Shown here: piece after piece, positions 18,818 to 28,989 of the stretch
Layout: each line of letters starts with the position of its first letter
Numbering within the stretch: the stretch's first letter is position 1
IMG/VR virus record: IMGVR_UViG_3300015050_000977
Location: 1-58,530 of that record
DNA from: a virus
Taxonomy: Duplodnaviria; Caudoviricetes
Strand: one strand, 5' to 3'
DNA length: 58,530 nucleotides
Made by a program: the position numbers and the translations under genes
Notes under the pieces: model-generated
What the model saw: only the letters and a program-made list of their open reading frames with translations
Told to the model about the DNA's origin: nothing
Database searches by the model: none

Positions 18818-18988
18818 TTATCGCCCGTTGCAGGTCTTGCGAAGGCTGCTCAGCATCGCCTCTGGCGACTTGTGCTCAGGGCGGGCGCAGTCGCACTTGG
18901 ACGACATGCCCTTGGAGGTGTTGACGGTCGAAGCAGGCGCTTTGATGTCGCCGGGGGCGCAGCAGGTGGTGGGTGGGTTGGTGGCCAT
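18818..18988 (-). CDS. Small Cys-containing protein (56 aa, below the ORF-track cutoff)
   Basis: MATNPPTTCCAPGDIK...TCNGR* fills the gap between two late genes exactly. Confidence 0.6.
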   Translation of the reverse strand: MATNPPTTCCAPGDIKAPASTVNTSKGMSSKCDCARPEHKSPEAMLSSLRKTCNGR

Positions 18989-18991
18989 AAA

Positions 18992-19357
18992 TTAAACAGG
19001 CTTTCCGTTCACAAATGTTTTGCCGTGCCGCAAGTCACCCTTGCGCTTCGGGCGGTAGCCGGGGCAGCAAAGCTCCGGGTTGTCATAAAGGAGGTCTTCC
19101 AACCAACCCTCGTGGTGCCCGAACGAATGCAAAGCCCTGAAGTAGAGACGCGGATCAATGCTCGCCACTTTTTGGCCAAGCGTGTCAATGGTCGTGGAAC
19201 CAGCCTGCCGCGAGATGCGCGCCAGCTTCTCCTGCTTCAGTTGGGCCGCAACCTTCTCGGCCGGCACCCGTCCGCGAATCTCCGCCTCAAATTCATCGAG
19301 GAACTGCTGGGGCAAGCCCGTGATAAGCTCGCCGTCTCCGAGTGCGACCATGGACAT
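18992..19357 (-). CDS. Hypothetical morphogenesis protein
   Basis: ORF in the capsid-adjacent position; probable start MSMVALG. Confidence 0.6.
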   Translation of the reverse strand: MSMVALGDGELITGLPQQFLDEFEAEIRGRVPAEKVAAQLKQEKLARISRQAGSTTIDTLGQKVASIDPRLYFRALHSFGHHEGWLEDLLYDNPELCCPGYRPKRKGDLRHGKTFVNGKPV

Positions 19358-19469
19358 AGGTGTAGCGCCTAACTGTTGCTGTGCTAAAAATTGTGCCCGA
19401 CTACGGGCGTAACGGGATGGCAAAACTGAAGCAGGGCGCGGTCATCACGCGCGCCCTGCGCCCCGTGAA

Positions 19470-19937
19470 TTAGGGCAAATCAGCCGTATTTTGGATTCGC
19501 AGGTAGACGTCCAGCGCGCCCGCAGTGAGCGCAGCGGGACCGCCCGTGCCGGCCGCGGTGAACGTGGCCGTCAGGTTCTTGGCCGCGGTGAACGTCAGGT
19601 TGGTCGAGACTGCCACGCCGCTCGCCTGCGGGAGCCATGCAGCCGTGAGGATGCTGGTGCTCGCAATGAGGGCGTTCGTGGTGGTCGTGGTGCCTACGAT
19701 GACGGTAGCGGCGGTGATGCCGGCGAACGCCGTGTAGATGTTGACGCCAGCCTTGTCGATATACCAAGCGGCCGGGGTCGCGCCGAGCGTCACGGTGACG
19801 GTATCGGATGCGCCAGTGCCGTAGGCGATGTCGGTGCTAAGGATGGTGGCTCTGTAGTTGTAGCCCGTGGCGGCGCGTTCCTGTTCGGAAAGCGGCGAGA
19901 CGCGGGCCGGATTGATCGTGATTGCTGTATCAGCCAT
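19470..19937 (-). CDS. Capsid decoration / minor capsid protein
   Basis: 155 aa Thr/Ala-rich beta-sandwich-like protein directly after the major capsid gene. Confidence 0.6.
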   Translation of the reverse strand: MADTAITINPARVSPLSEQERAATGYNYRATILSTDIAYGTGASDTVTVTLGATPAAWYIDKAGVNIYTAFAGITAATVIVGTTTTTNALIASTSILTAAWLPQASGVAVSTNLTFTAAKNLTATFTAAGTGGPAALTAGALDVYLRIQNTADLP

Positions 19938-19975
19938 GGTAGTGTGCTCCTATTGGTTAATTGTTGGCTGTGAGA

Positions 19976-20983
19976 TTAGCTGGAACCGGCGAACTTGCCG
20001 AGACCGCGAGGATTCTTGACCATGAGGAGGAGCGCAGTCTGGACGAGACCGCGACGGCCACCGCCCTGATTCTCCAGCTCCATGCTGTCAACGCCGAGCA
20101 TCGTACCGATGCCGACAAGGGCGGGGTCGATGACGTAGCCGCGGGCCATCTGCTGACTGGTCGTGGTCGTGACGGCGGAGCCATCGAGAAGACCGTTGAA
20201 CATATCAGGGATGATCGTGACCGTGTGGAAGCTGCCCTTGTAGACCGAGACATCGAGGTCGATGCGGTTCGAGGACGCGTCCTGAGTGACCTGATAGGTC
20301 TTGGTCGTGCCGGAAGCACCTTCAACGCGTTGGAACGTGTTGATCGCGGTGATCAGGTTCGGACCGGCGAACAGCGAGTAGCTGCGGCGACCGCCGTTCT
20401 GTGTGAAGATCGAACGGAACACGCCGTTGAACAGCGCCTCAGTGAGCGAGCTGGTGGCGGTGGTGTCGATGTTGCCAGAGGGAGTGAGGAACAGCGTCGG
20501 GACCGGATTCGTGGTCTGGGCGGTGGATTGAATCCACTTGCCGAGGCCGCGGGTCTTGTAGGGCGCAAGGCCGGTATCGGCCTGCATGTCGTTATCGGAG
20601 CCAACGGCGGCTTCGATGGAGCGTTTAAGCTCACGCATGGCCTTGACCTTGCTGTTCGCAACTTCGCCGTCAGTGCCGGCCGGATCGGACGCTTCTTGGA
20701 GGTCCGAGACCATCCACGGGCGCCAGAACTTCTGGATGTAGTTGCCGAAGCGGGCGCGGTTAGCGGCTTCGTTGTTGAATGCGGCTACGTCGGCGCCTTC
20801 AAGGACGCCGCTGAAGTCAACATTGGCGAGGGTATCGGCCTGCCAAGTTTGGTAGGTGTTCGTGACCTTGGTCGTTTTTGCAAACGTGGAGGTCTTCGGG
20901 GTGTCCTCGGGTTCGAGGATGGTGAGGAAATTGGTGAGCGCTTCGCGGTCACCGGAGACGTTGTATGAGGTGGCTAGAGCCAT
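19976..20983 (-). CDS. Major capsid protein (DUF5309/SU10-like HK97 fold)
   Basis: Start MALATSYNVSGDREALT; motifs WQADTL, EGAD, NYIQKF, ELKRSIE and TRGLGKWI; follows the scaffold gene. Confidence 0.85.
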   Translation of the reverse strand: MALATSYNVSGDREALTNFLTILEPEDTPKTSTFAKTTKVTNTYQTWQADTLANVDFSGVLEGADVAAFNNEAANRARFGNYIQKFWRPWMVSDLQEASDPAGTDGEVANSKVKAMRELKRSIEAAVGSDNDMQADTGLAPYKTRGLGKWIQSTAQTTNPVPTLFLTPSGNIDTTATSSLTEALFNGVFRSIFTQNGGRRSYSLFAGPNLITAINTFQRVEGASGTTKTYQVTQDASSNRIDLDVSVYKGSFHTVTIIPDMFNGLLDGSAVTTTTSQQMARGYVIDPALVGIGTMLGVDSMELENQGGGRRGLVQTALLLMVKNPRGLGKFAGSS

Positions 20984-20987
20984 GGAA

Positions 20988-22181
20988 TTATCGAGATTTG
21001 CGTAACTGTGAGCTTTTGAGAAGAAGCCCAACCGCATCATCCGAAGTAATTCCGCCCTTCGCCGACAATTTCGCTGACTCCGCTGCAATCTGCTGCCGTT
21101 CGGCTGAACCGATAGGCGCCCGTGCCGCTGCACCGCTGGCCGAGACGGCGGTTTGATCCGCTGCTGGCTTTGGCTTGACCACCGGGGCTGGCTTCTTGGC
21201 GGGAGCAGCCTTGGCCGCGTCCTCTGCCTCGACCGCCTTCGCGCCTTTGACCAGCACGCCCAGTATCCATTCCGCATTTGGCATCGCCATAAGGGCGGCA
21301 TACTGCGGGTTGCGACGGCCCTGTTCGGCCATCTGATACTCGGCGCTCTGCTTGTCGGTCAGAAACGGGAAGCGTTCGTGAGCCTGCTTGGTGATCTGCT
21401 GCTTGGCGGCGATGAACTGCGCGCGTTGGGGGATATGATCCTCCAGCGTGCGCCGGGCCTCGCGTAACTTGCGCTTCAGGTCCAGTTCAGTGAACAACGC
21501 CTCGCCGATCTTGTGAACGCGGATTTGCTTATCCTCGTCCTTGGGATCGGTCATCGTTTGCCACTGACCGGCGTCGTCCAGCACGTCCTCGATGTAGCGA
21601 GCGGCCTCCTTGGCGGTGTTCTGGATTTCGCCCAGCTTGGCGATGTCCATTACGTCGCCCAACGGCATGTTGGGTGTAGGGGCTACGACTACGGGAGCTT
21701 GCGGGGTGACGGGAGCGGCGACCTTGGCCTCAAGTTCGGCCAGTTTGGCGGCTTGTTCCGCCATCTTGGCCTCGATTGCCTTGGTTTTAGCCACTTCCTT
21801 GCCGATGCGCTTATTGAGCAGCTTTTGTTGCTCGGGAGTGAATGAAATTGTCTGAGAAGGAACAGAATCGGCCTCTTCCTCGGTTGCCTTGTCCTCGGCC
21901 TCTGTCATCTCGGCGGTGGGCGTGGCTTCTTCGGCGGGGGCGGTCTCTTCGGAAGCTGCTGGAGCTTCTGCTGCCGGAGTTTCGTCAAGGGTAAGGTCCG
22001 GGGCGATTACCTCGGGGGCATTATCTTCCGCAGCTTGGCGGGGCGGCTGTTTCGATGCTTTCTCGGCCGAAGCCATGAGGAGCACCGCTGCCTGACCCGT
22101 CGCGATATTGCCCGACCCTTTTACTGTCGCATCACCTGTTTTTGCGGCCGGCGAAGTGGCCTCGATATTTTCAGTTGGCAT
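20988..22181 (-). CDS. Capsid scaffolding protein
   Basis: Acidic disordered N-terminus, KRIGK coiled coil, directly upstream of the major capsid gene. Confidence 0.75.
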   Translation of the reverse strand: MPTENIEATSPAAKTGDATVKGSGNIATGQAAVLLMASAEKASKQPPRQAAEDNAPEVIAPDLTLDETPAAEAPAASEETAPAEEATPTAEMTEAEDKATEEEADSVPSQTISFTPEQQKLLNKRIGKEVAKTKAIEAKMAEQAAKLAELEAKVAAPVTPQAPVVVAPTPNMPLGDVMDIAKLGEIQNTAKEAARYIEDVLDDAGQWQTMTDPKDEDKQIRVHKIGEALFTELDLKRKLREARRTLEDHIPQRAQFIAAKQQITKQAHERFPFLTDKQSAEYQMAEQGRRNPQYAALMAMPNAEWILGVLVKGAKAVEAEDAAKAAPAKKPAPVVKPKPAADQTAVSASGAAARAPIGSAERQQIAAESAKLSAKGGITSDDAVGLLLKSSQLRKSR

Positions 22182-22543
22182 GAGTTAGAGCCGTCAAGGG
22201 GCTTTTGCTAAATCCTAGCGCGCGGCAGGATTGCCGTGTGGCCAATTGAACTAGTCGTGCAATTTGCAATGTCAATGGTGGAGTCGTGCAAATTGCATGG
22301 TTAATGCAATCAGAGGCAGATCGTGCATTTTGCACGATTTTATGGCATGGAAAAGCCGCGCTGGTGGGCGCGGCGTGAGTTACGGTGTTCGCGTAAACAC
22401 GTATCTGAACCTCGCCCCCGTCTTCGGTGTCTCGTTCTTCAGGAAACGCCAATTGCGCTGGCGAGTTATGCGGCGCACTTCTCCGAGCGCGACGGAAACC
22501 GAGTCGTTGGTTTCAACGCGGCGGTATTCTGGTGTTTTGGGGC

Positions 22544-22813
22544 TCATGCCTTCTCCTCCCTCTGTAACGCCGCCTGCGCCACCGCCTCGTCATACGTGCG
22601 AATCAGCGCCATGTAGGCCGCAATCTCGCCTGTGCAGGCCAGTGAGGCGCGGTCGCTCTGGATCACGGCGCCGTCCACAAGGTTGAGCAGCGCGCCTTCG
22701 CGGCACTCGCGCACGGTCTCCATGAAGTCGCGAAAGCGAACATCGGAGGCGAGTCCGATAAGGGAGGCTTGGATGCGCTTTTGGCGCGCGAGTTGTTGAT
22801 CGGCGAGGGTCAT
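22544..22813 (-). CDS. Small protein between portal and scaffold
   Basis: 89 aa; preceded by TTGACA 34 nt upstream. Confidence 0.65.
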   Translation of the reverse strand: MTLADQQLARQKRIQASLIGLASDVRFRDFMETVRECREGALLNLVDGAVIQSDRASLACTGEIAAYMALIRTYDEAVAQAALQREEKA

Positions 22814-22850
22814 GCCCTATGTGGGCACTCGCCAAGCGGGGTGTCAAGCA

Positions 22851-24971
22851 CTACGCAGCGCCGTAGACCCCAATCTTCTTATTCAAATTCTGAGAAATTT
22901 GCATCCGGGTCTGCTTTACGATCTTGTCCAGTCGGCCACGGAACGCTTCATCCTGCTGATACCGCTGCTGCACATCCGGCTGCTGACCGTAGTTCTCAAT
23001 CGTCTGCATCACGAGGTCAGGTGGCGCGTTCAAATCAATGTCGCGGTCCACGCCGGAGAATACCTGCGCCAGCATCGTGTGCGTCTCGTTGACGGTCTTC
23101 TGTGAGCCCGTCTCCTTCGGCAGCACCACGAGTTCAGCCCAATTCGGGTCGATGGTCTGCACCGCAAGCTGGATGACCTCGCCGTAGTCGATTTGTCCAT
23201 ACTTGTCGAACATGCCGGCGACCTCAGCGAGTGCCTTCAGCTTTTGCTGCTGCACCTCGGGATTCATGCTCTGGATGTCAAACGTGAGACGGAAATCAAA
23301 CTCCTCGTCGTCCTGGCCCTTGTTGAACTCAACCGGATCGGCCTGCTTCAAGCCAACGACGCGGAAGTAAACGGCCTCGCTGCCATACTGCTTGTAGCGG
23401 CTCCAGACCTTTGCGAAAACTTTGCTGAATCCGGCCATGAAGCTCTCTGCCTCCTTCTGGTTTTTATACCCAGCGAAAACGGGGTCTGTCTCCGCCGATA
23501 CAAAACCGAGATACTGGTTGAAGTCGGCGCGCAGGCTGGCCTCGCTCTTCTCCGTGCTAGGGTCGTAGGCCGGTCTGTCGGCAAAGTGATACTCGCCCGG
23601 CCGGCGCTCTGGCACGCGTGCGCCTGCGCCCCACCGTAGCGGAGGACGGCCCTGCGGATACATCATGGGCGGGCAAATGGCCAGCGACGCAGCGTCGATC
23701 AGGCTGTCCTTATGGACCTTGATCTGCTGCTGGAGGGGCTTGCCCGGCTCAGGAATGCCGCGCGTGTCATGCAGCTTGCGGGACAGGTGCTCGCGGCGGA
23801 AGATAACGAACGGGTAGGCGCCGTCCGCGTAGCCGAGCAGGCCAAACTTGGCGTAACCGTCCTGCTCGCCATCGGGCGGAAGCATCGGGTTGAAGATCGT
23901 GAGGTAGAGCCCCGTGTATCTGTCCTCATCGGACAGGCGCTGGTAGGCGTAGACGACACCGATCAGGTCGGTGAAGTTCTCCTGCTGATACATGAACGAG
24001 CGCGAAATCGGCTGGTTGTATTCGTTCTGCGTCTGCGTAATCTGCGTGCCCTTGCAGGTCTTGATTGCGGCCTCAACCCACGCGTTGTCCCAGCCCGCCG
24101 TGTTCACGAATGCGCGGAGCTGCTCTGCGGTGTAATACTCAACGCGAAACATGGCCGATGCGGTTTCGGCGTCGGTCGTGTAGTTCGGGATGAAAAGGTT
24201 CTGGTTTAGGTTGAACGCGCGCAGGACGGGGTAGCTTTTCTTGCGGCCCAACGTCGGAACGGTCGTTTCCTGCTTCGCGCGCAATTCCTTTACCATCTTG
24301 CGGGCCTTGCTCGCAGTGCAGCCGTAAATCTCAGTGAAGATCGCCACCGCGTCGTCCATCAGGTCGTCGCTGTAAAGGAGCGCCTGCATGTCCAGCGTCG
24401 GGAACTGCTCTTGAAGCATCTCCAGCGTGACGTTCTGCAAAATCTTTTCCTGCGTCTCTTCCCAAAAGACGCCCATGGCGCCGACACCCATTTCCTGAAT
24501 GTAGTTTGCGAGCAACTCCACCTCGCGGTTCACCTCGGGGATTTGCGTCTGGACTAGCCAGCGCATGAAGCTGGAAACAGTCTTGGCGCGTTTGGTGTCG
24601 TTACCCTCGACTGGCGTCGCGGTGATGCCGGCGCGAAGAAACGCGATCCAGAGCATCGCCACCTTTGAGATAATGGCTTCGTCAGTGAGGAAAACCTGAA
24701 GGTCCGATGCGCCGTCCCACGGCGTCGGGTCAATCTTCTGTCCTTCGCGGGCGTGTTTTTTCCCATCCGCTGACTGCCCGGACCAGAGGGCGTAACGCGT
24801 GTTGTAGTTCTCGGTGCATTGGTCCGTGAAGCCCTGGAGGTTGGCAATCGTGGTGTTAAGCGTGCGCGAAAGGAGGGCGTGATCTGGACCGTCGTTGCCC
24901 TCGGGCGCCAGTTGCAGGCCGGCGTCGGAGTTTTGTCCGTTGACTTGGGTTGTGCCCGCGAAGGATGACAT
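22851..24971 (-). CDS. Portal protein
   Basis: About 706 aa; PWDGASD N-terminal motif and RGIPE motif; lies between terminase and scaffold. Confidence 0.85.
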   Translation of the reverse strand: MSSFAGTTQVNGQNSDAGLQLAPEGNDGPDHALLSRTLNTTIANLQGFTDQCTENYNTRYALWSGQSADGKKHAREGQKIDPTPWDGASDLQVFLTDEAIISKVAMLWIAFLRAGITATPVEGNDTKRAKTVSSFMRWLVQTQIPEVNREVELLANYIQEMGVGAMGVFWEETQEKILQNVTLEMLQEQFPTLDMQALLYSDDLMDDAVAIFTEIYGCTASKARKMVKELRAKQETTVPTLGRKKSYPVLRAFNLNQNLFIPNYTTDAETASAMFRVEYYTAEQLRAFVNTAGWDNAWVEAAIKTCKGTQITQTQNEYNQPISRSFMYQQENFTDLIGVVYAYQRLSDEDRYTGLYLTIFNPMLPPDGEQDGYAKFGLLGYADGAYPFVIFRREHLSRKLHDTRGIPEPGKPLQQQIKVHKDSLIDAASLAICPPMMYPQGRPPLRWGAGARVPERRPGEYHFADRPAYDPSTEKSEASLRADFNQYLGFVSAETDPVFAGYKNQKEAESFMAGFSKVFAKVWSRYKQYGSEAVYFRVVGLKQADPVEFNKGQDDEEFDFRLTFDIQSMNPEVQQQKLKALAEVAGMFDKYGQIDYGEVIQLAVQTIDPNWAELVVLPKETGSQKTVNETHTMLAQVFSGVDRDIDLNAPPDLVMQTIENYGQQPDVQQRYQQDEAFRGRLDKIVKQTRMQISQNLNKKIGVYGAA

Positions 24972-25173
24972 CTTGACAGCCACGCGTAATGCAGCGCGGG
25001 GCGTTGGCAAGATGCAAGTGATGGGCTAGGCCCACCTACGCAGCGCAAGCTCTGCCGCCATGGCATCGGCTATGGCCAAGAAACGATGCCAGTTTCGGCG
25101 GTTGCCGAATGTGCGCTTTATCTCGGGGATCGTGTCAAAGGCGCAGGTGGATATGCCAGACATGGCCATGCTT

Positions 25174-25365
25174 TCATTCCCCGACAGAAAGCCTGTATTT
25201 GACCCATAAATAAATGCCAGAAAACGGAATGTAATGCCTCATGTTTTTGCTCGGCATTTTCCACCTTCTGAACCAGAATGGCGTTTTCGCGTAAAGCGCG
25301 CAGTCTAAAATCGCGGCCGCGAAAAATGCGATGGCAGCCGCAAGGCATATATTTTCGTTGCTCAT
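25174..25365 (-). CDS. Small membrane protein (63 aa)
   Basis: ATGA-coupled to the upstream ORF; hydrophobic. Confidence 0.45.
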   Translation of the reverse strand: MSNENICLAAAIAFFAAAILDCALYAKTPFWFRRWKMPSKNMRHYIPFSGIYLWVKYRLSVGE

Positions 25366-25637
25366 AAATGAGCCCCCTGTCTCGCCGCCCGAAACGCCGC
25401 AAACCGCTCCTTGAGCGACTCCAACGCCTCAGCCTTGGCCGGCGCAGGCTTAGCCGCCCTCGCCACGCGCGCCGGTCGCGGTCCACGCGTAACGCTGCCG
25501 TGCTCGGCGCGGTATTCGCGGGCGTAAGCGGCGATCTTGGCTTTGTTGCGCAGGCGCCATGCGGCTTTGATGGCCTTGCGTTTTTCAGAGTTGGCGCGGG
25601 CGTAGTTGCGCCAGTATTCGGTGCGGTCTTTTTCCAT
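25362..25637 (-). CDS. Basic Arg/Ala-rich protein (start MEKDRTEY)
   Basis: Start lies 35 nt downstream of the TTGACG motif. Confidence 0.55.
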   Translation of the reverse strand: MEKDRTEYWRNYARANSEKRKAIKAAWRLRNKAKIAAYAREYRAEHGSVTRGPRPARVARAAKPAPAKAEALESLKERFAAFRAARQGAHL

Positions 25638-25664
25638 GCCACAACCCACGCACATCGGCGCTTT

Positions 25665-25677
25665 CTCGTCAAGCGAG
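25665..25677 (-). promoter_or_regulatory. 13-bp motif CTCGCTTGACGAG, copy 1
   Basis: Four exact copies in the genome; contains a -35-like TTGACG. Confidence 0.7.
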
Positions 25678-25689
25678 TAAATGGATATT

Positions 25690-28422
25690 TTAATATACTC
25701 CGGTCCGACTGCCGTTATCATTCACGAAAGGCACGAACTCGCAATTGGCCTTGCGGAGGTAGCGGAGGCAGTTGCCCGCAACTAGCGGCCTGCGATTGCG
25801 GCGAACCAGCACTGTCTCGTTCGGCACCGAGACGCAGTAAACGCGGCCATCGTAATCACGCTGCTCAATCAGGAACTCTTTGTCGCAGTTCGTGATCGAC
25901 GCAACGCGCAGGCGCTTCTCGCCCATCATCATTAGCGGCATCGTAGACCTTACCGACCGGCCGCGAATTTCAGACTCCCAATCCATGCTGCGCACGTAGG
26001 TGCATCCATACGGTTTTCCGAGTTTTGAAAGTAGTTCGGTAACGTCGTCAATTAGGCGCGTGGATACGCTTGCATACTTGCGCTCTGTCTTGTCCTCGCC
26101 CGACATCCATCCATCGCCCAGCACCATCGCCTCCCACATCGCCTGAAGGCAGTGGCGTGGAAGCGCCATAACATCGCGCGGGATGTATCGCTCGCTCTGC
26201 GATCCGAGCGGCGAGACGATGGACCACAAATCCTTGGACGAGATACTGAAGCTCTTGCTGTAATACCTGAAGCAGAAATCAAGGCGCGTGAGTAACGCTG
26301 CGATACGGGCGTGCTTCTCGGCGTTGACCTCACTGCATTGCGAGATGTAAACGGAATACCCGCGACCCGGAATCTGGATTTTGCCGCCGTCCGTCCCGGT
26401 TGCTGAACCCTCAGCGACATACCAACCAATGAACTCAGCCCAGTCTTTCGCGGCCACGACCTTGCCTGTCCAAATCTCAATCATGCGCTCCGGCTCGTCG
26501 GCGATGCCGTTAGTTGTGATCGGGAACGTGTCCTGACGCTTGATGTCCTTGGCGAGCCTGATCTTCAATGGGGGGCGCTGCGGATAAACAAGCATCCGAT
26601 GATTTGGCGTCACGCAGAAGTTGAGCGCGTTCTGTTCGCACGCAATCATGGGGCCGGTGTAATGCCGGTCGTGATACTCAGTCGGAACCTGATACTCCAG
26701 CGCGCCGTCCTTCGCCATCGTGGCCACCGCCACGCCACGAGGTAGCGACGGGAACGGCACCCAGCCATCAGTCGTCAAGATTTCGGTCTCGGCGTCGTAG
26801 CAATCAATCGGGTCTTTCGTAGCCTCCGTCGCCCCCAATTTACCCGTATATTCCTGCAATGCGTAGATCAAGTTCTGGCACCTGTCGCTGACGTATAACC
26901 TAGGCCGGTTCAGTGCATCAATCGGCTGGTCCGTTTTGTAGGCCAGCAGGTTATTGATAAGTTGGATACCGTCCTCAATTTCACCCTTGTTTGCCTCCGA
27001 CGACGCGGCTGGAGCCGGGATAAATGTTAGCCCGGCGTCGTCCAGCTCACTGATGATGGTCGTAGCCCCGTCCTGTGACTGGCGCTCCGCGGCGCCCATG
27101 CGCGGGTCGATGATGCGTTCGTAAATGTTGCGGTCGCCGTCCGGGCCGCTCTCGGCGGTCGTGATGTGTTCGACGTAGGCTTTGATGCCGTGAATGCGCG
27201 GCGTTGTCGCCGGGCCGGGCTTGTTGCCGGGCAAGGCCCATTCCTCGTTCTCGGGTGACTCGCGGTAGACCCACCACGTATTCGCGGCGTCGATGGCGAC
27301 CCAGACCATGAACCATGCCTTGGAGCCGGCGGGGTCGAGCGCCATGTAGAACGTGACGGGATAGGGCACGTCTTGACCCTTGGCGTTCTTGCGGGTTTTG
27401 AGCCATGGGAGGTCTTCGTGTTTGACCACGTTGCCGCCGTCTTTGACGTATTCTTTGCTGAAGAGGGGGAAGGCGGAAGTCGTGGATTTCGTGGGGACTC
27501 CGAAGGCGCGGGCTAGGATTACTTCGCGGGATTCACTACCGTAGAGCTTAAGAAATTCGCGGTAGTCGGCGAATGGGTTGTCTTGCGTCCAGCAATATAT
27601 GATGCAGCACGATCCAACAGAAAGACTCTCTTGGAGGATCGGGAGATTTGCCTGAATCTTAGGGTGGTCGCAGTAGCGCGTCTGAAGCGTTTTTGTGCGT
27701 GCTAAAATTTTGGATACTAGATCGTTCCAGCCATCGACCACGGTGTAGGTCAGCAGCAGGCGTCCATGGTAAGTGCCGAGACGGCCCATGCGGAACGTCT
27801 CAAACAAATCGGTCGGGCATTTTTCGTCCATCCATGCGAAATGCGCCTTAACTCCTTCTATTATCTGTGAGTTAGAAATATACTGCTGATAATTATGAAA
27901 CTTGATTGAGCCACCGCGTCGATAGCCTTTAACGGGCGGCATGATGGCGATTCCGTCCGTAAATCCGTTCTTCTGGTTGTATTGCAGGCTGTGGGCGATG
28001 CCCTTCTTGGTTGGCATGTCCCTCAACCAACTCGGAAGCTCTTCGTAAATAAAACGCTGCTGGTCGGCAATCGAACGCTGCTCGTTGATGTGAAAATTGT
28101 AGACCTCGGCCTCGGGGATTTCGCAAGCGGCCCAGACGGACATACGGGCGCCGAGTTTCGTTTTGCCGCTTTGGTTCCCGCCAAGCAGGATCGTCACGTT
28201 ATACTTCTTCCAGCAATCCATGACCATTTCCCATGATGGAAGCGTCCATCCCCATCCAACCGGATTCTTAGCGCTCTCGGTCTCGATGAGCTGCCGACTG
28301 TGCATGTATTCCCGCAACCTCTCCTCGCTTAGCCCAGCAAGTTCTTCGGGCGTTAGCGGAGCGCGGTATGGGATTCCGAATCGAGGCTGGAACGTGTCGG
28401 CGTATTGAATCTTTTTAGCCAT
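25690..28422 (-). CDS. terL: Terminase large subunit containing an intein
   Basis: Walker A GGNQSGKT, Walker B AWMDE, nuclease LDP motif; the C-terminal KDPID|CLRY motif is split by the intein. Confidence 0.92.
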   Translation of the reverse strand: MAKKIQYADTFQPRFGIPYRAPLTPEELAGLSEERLREYMHSRQLIETESAKNPVGWGWTLPSWEMVMDCWKKYNVTILLGGNQSGKTKLGARMSVWAACEIPEAEVYNFHINEQRSIADQQRFIYEELPSWLRDMPTKKGIAHSLQYNQKNGFTDGIAIMPPVKGYRRGGSIKFHNYQQYISNSQIIEGVKAHFAWMDEKCPTDLFETFRMGRLGTYHGRLLLTYTVVDGWNDLVSKILARTKTLQTRYCDHPKIQANLPILQESLSVGSCCIIYCWTQDNPFADYREFLKLYGSESREVILARAFGVPTKSTTSAFPLFSKEYVKDGGNVVKHEDLPWLKTRKNAKGQDVPYPVTFYMALDPAGSKAWFMVWVAIDAANTWWVYRESPENEEWALPGNKPGPATTPRIHGIKAYVEHITTAESGPDGDRNIYERIIDPRMGAAERQSQDGATTIISELDDAGLTFIPAPAASSEANKGEIEDGIQLINNLLAYKTDQPIDALNRPRLYVSDRCQNLIYALQEYTGKLGATEATKDPIDCYDAETEILTTDGWVPFPSLPRGVAVATMAKDGALEYQVPTEYHDRHYTGPMIACEQNALNFCVTPNHRMLVYPQRPPLKIRLAKDIKRQDTFPITTNGIADEPERMIEIWTGKVVAAKDWAEFIGWYVAEGSATGTDGGKIQIPGRGYSVYISQCSEVNAEKHARIAALLTRLDFCFRYYSKSFSISSKDLWSIVSPLGSQSERYIPRDVMALPRHCLQAMWEAMVLGDGWMSGEDKTERKYASVSTRLIDDVTELLSKLGKPYGCTYVRSMDWESEIRGRSVRSTMPLMMMGEKRLRVASITNCDKEFLIEQRDYDGRVYCVSVPNETVLVRRNRRPLVAGNCLRYLRKANCEFVPFVNDNGSRTGVY
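25771..26802 (-). mobile_element. Intein (344 aa) with a LAGLIDADG-type homing endonuclease domain
   Basis: Begins CYDAETEILT, block B VTPNHRM, endonuclease helices FIGWYVAEG and AMVLGDG, ends VYCVSVP...AGN followed by Cys+1. Confidence 0.92.
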
Positions 28423-28989
28423 TTAGATGTGTTTCCAATGACGCTTCGTGATGGCGCGATAGATCGTATTTTCGTTAAGCCCAAATTTCTCTGCAATGAT
28501 CCGGTATGCGTATCCAGTCTCCTCGCGCATCTTTCTCATTTCCATGACGGTTTCGTTCGTCATCTTTGCTCCGTAATTCTTATCGCCGATATTTTTACGT
28601 AGAACCGCGTTTCGATGCAGCGAATTTTCCTGATGAGTCATCCACTCAAGATTATTTACCGAGTTGTCGTTTTTATTTCCATCCTTGTGGTTAACCTCTG
28701 CTTTTCCGTCCGGGTTTGGTATGAATGTTTCTGCTACAAGTCTAGATATCAGCGTCATGCGCTGGACCGAACCCCTGCACATCATAACAGCCCAATACCC
28801 CTTGTCGCTCACGCCCCCAGTGAGTATCTTGGATCGGTAGCGCCGTGCGCGGCCAAGCCCGTCGATAAGCGTTCTCGGGACGGACCTAATGCGACCTAAA
28901 TTACTCGCCTCATAAAGCCCCTCGTATCCGGCGACCTCTTTCCAGATTTCGCCTGGCAAATTCAGATTGTCGTATCCGGTCCAGCTCAT
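28423..28989 (-). CDS. NUMOD4-HNH homing endonuclease
   Basis: EIWKEVAGYEGLYEASNLGRIRS plus VNHKDGNKNDNSVNNLEW. Confidence 0.92.
   Translation of the reverse strand: MSWTGYDNLNLPGEIWKEVAGYEGLYEASNLGRIRSVPRTLIDGLGRARRYRSKILTGGVSDKGYWAVMMCRGSVQRMTLISRLVAETFIPNPDGKAEVNHKDGNKNDNSVNNLEWMTHQENSLHRNAVLRKNIGDKNYGAKMTNETVMEMRKMREETGYAYRIIAEKFGLNENTIYRAITKRHWKHI

Noticed and set aside
20984-21301. N-terminal extension of the capsid ORF given in the track
   Set aside because: It overlaps the scaffold gene out of frame; the start at 20983 fits the family N-terminus. I found no slippery site supporting a fusion.
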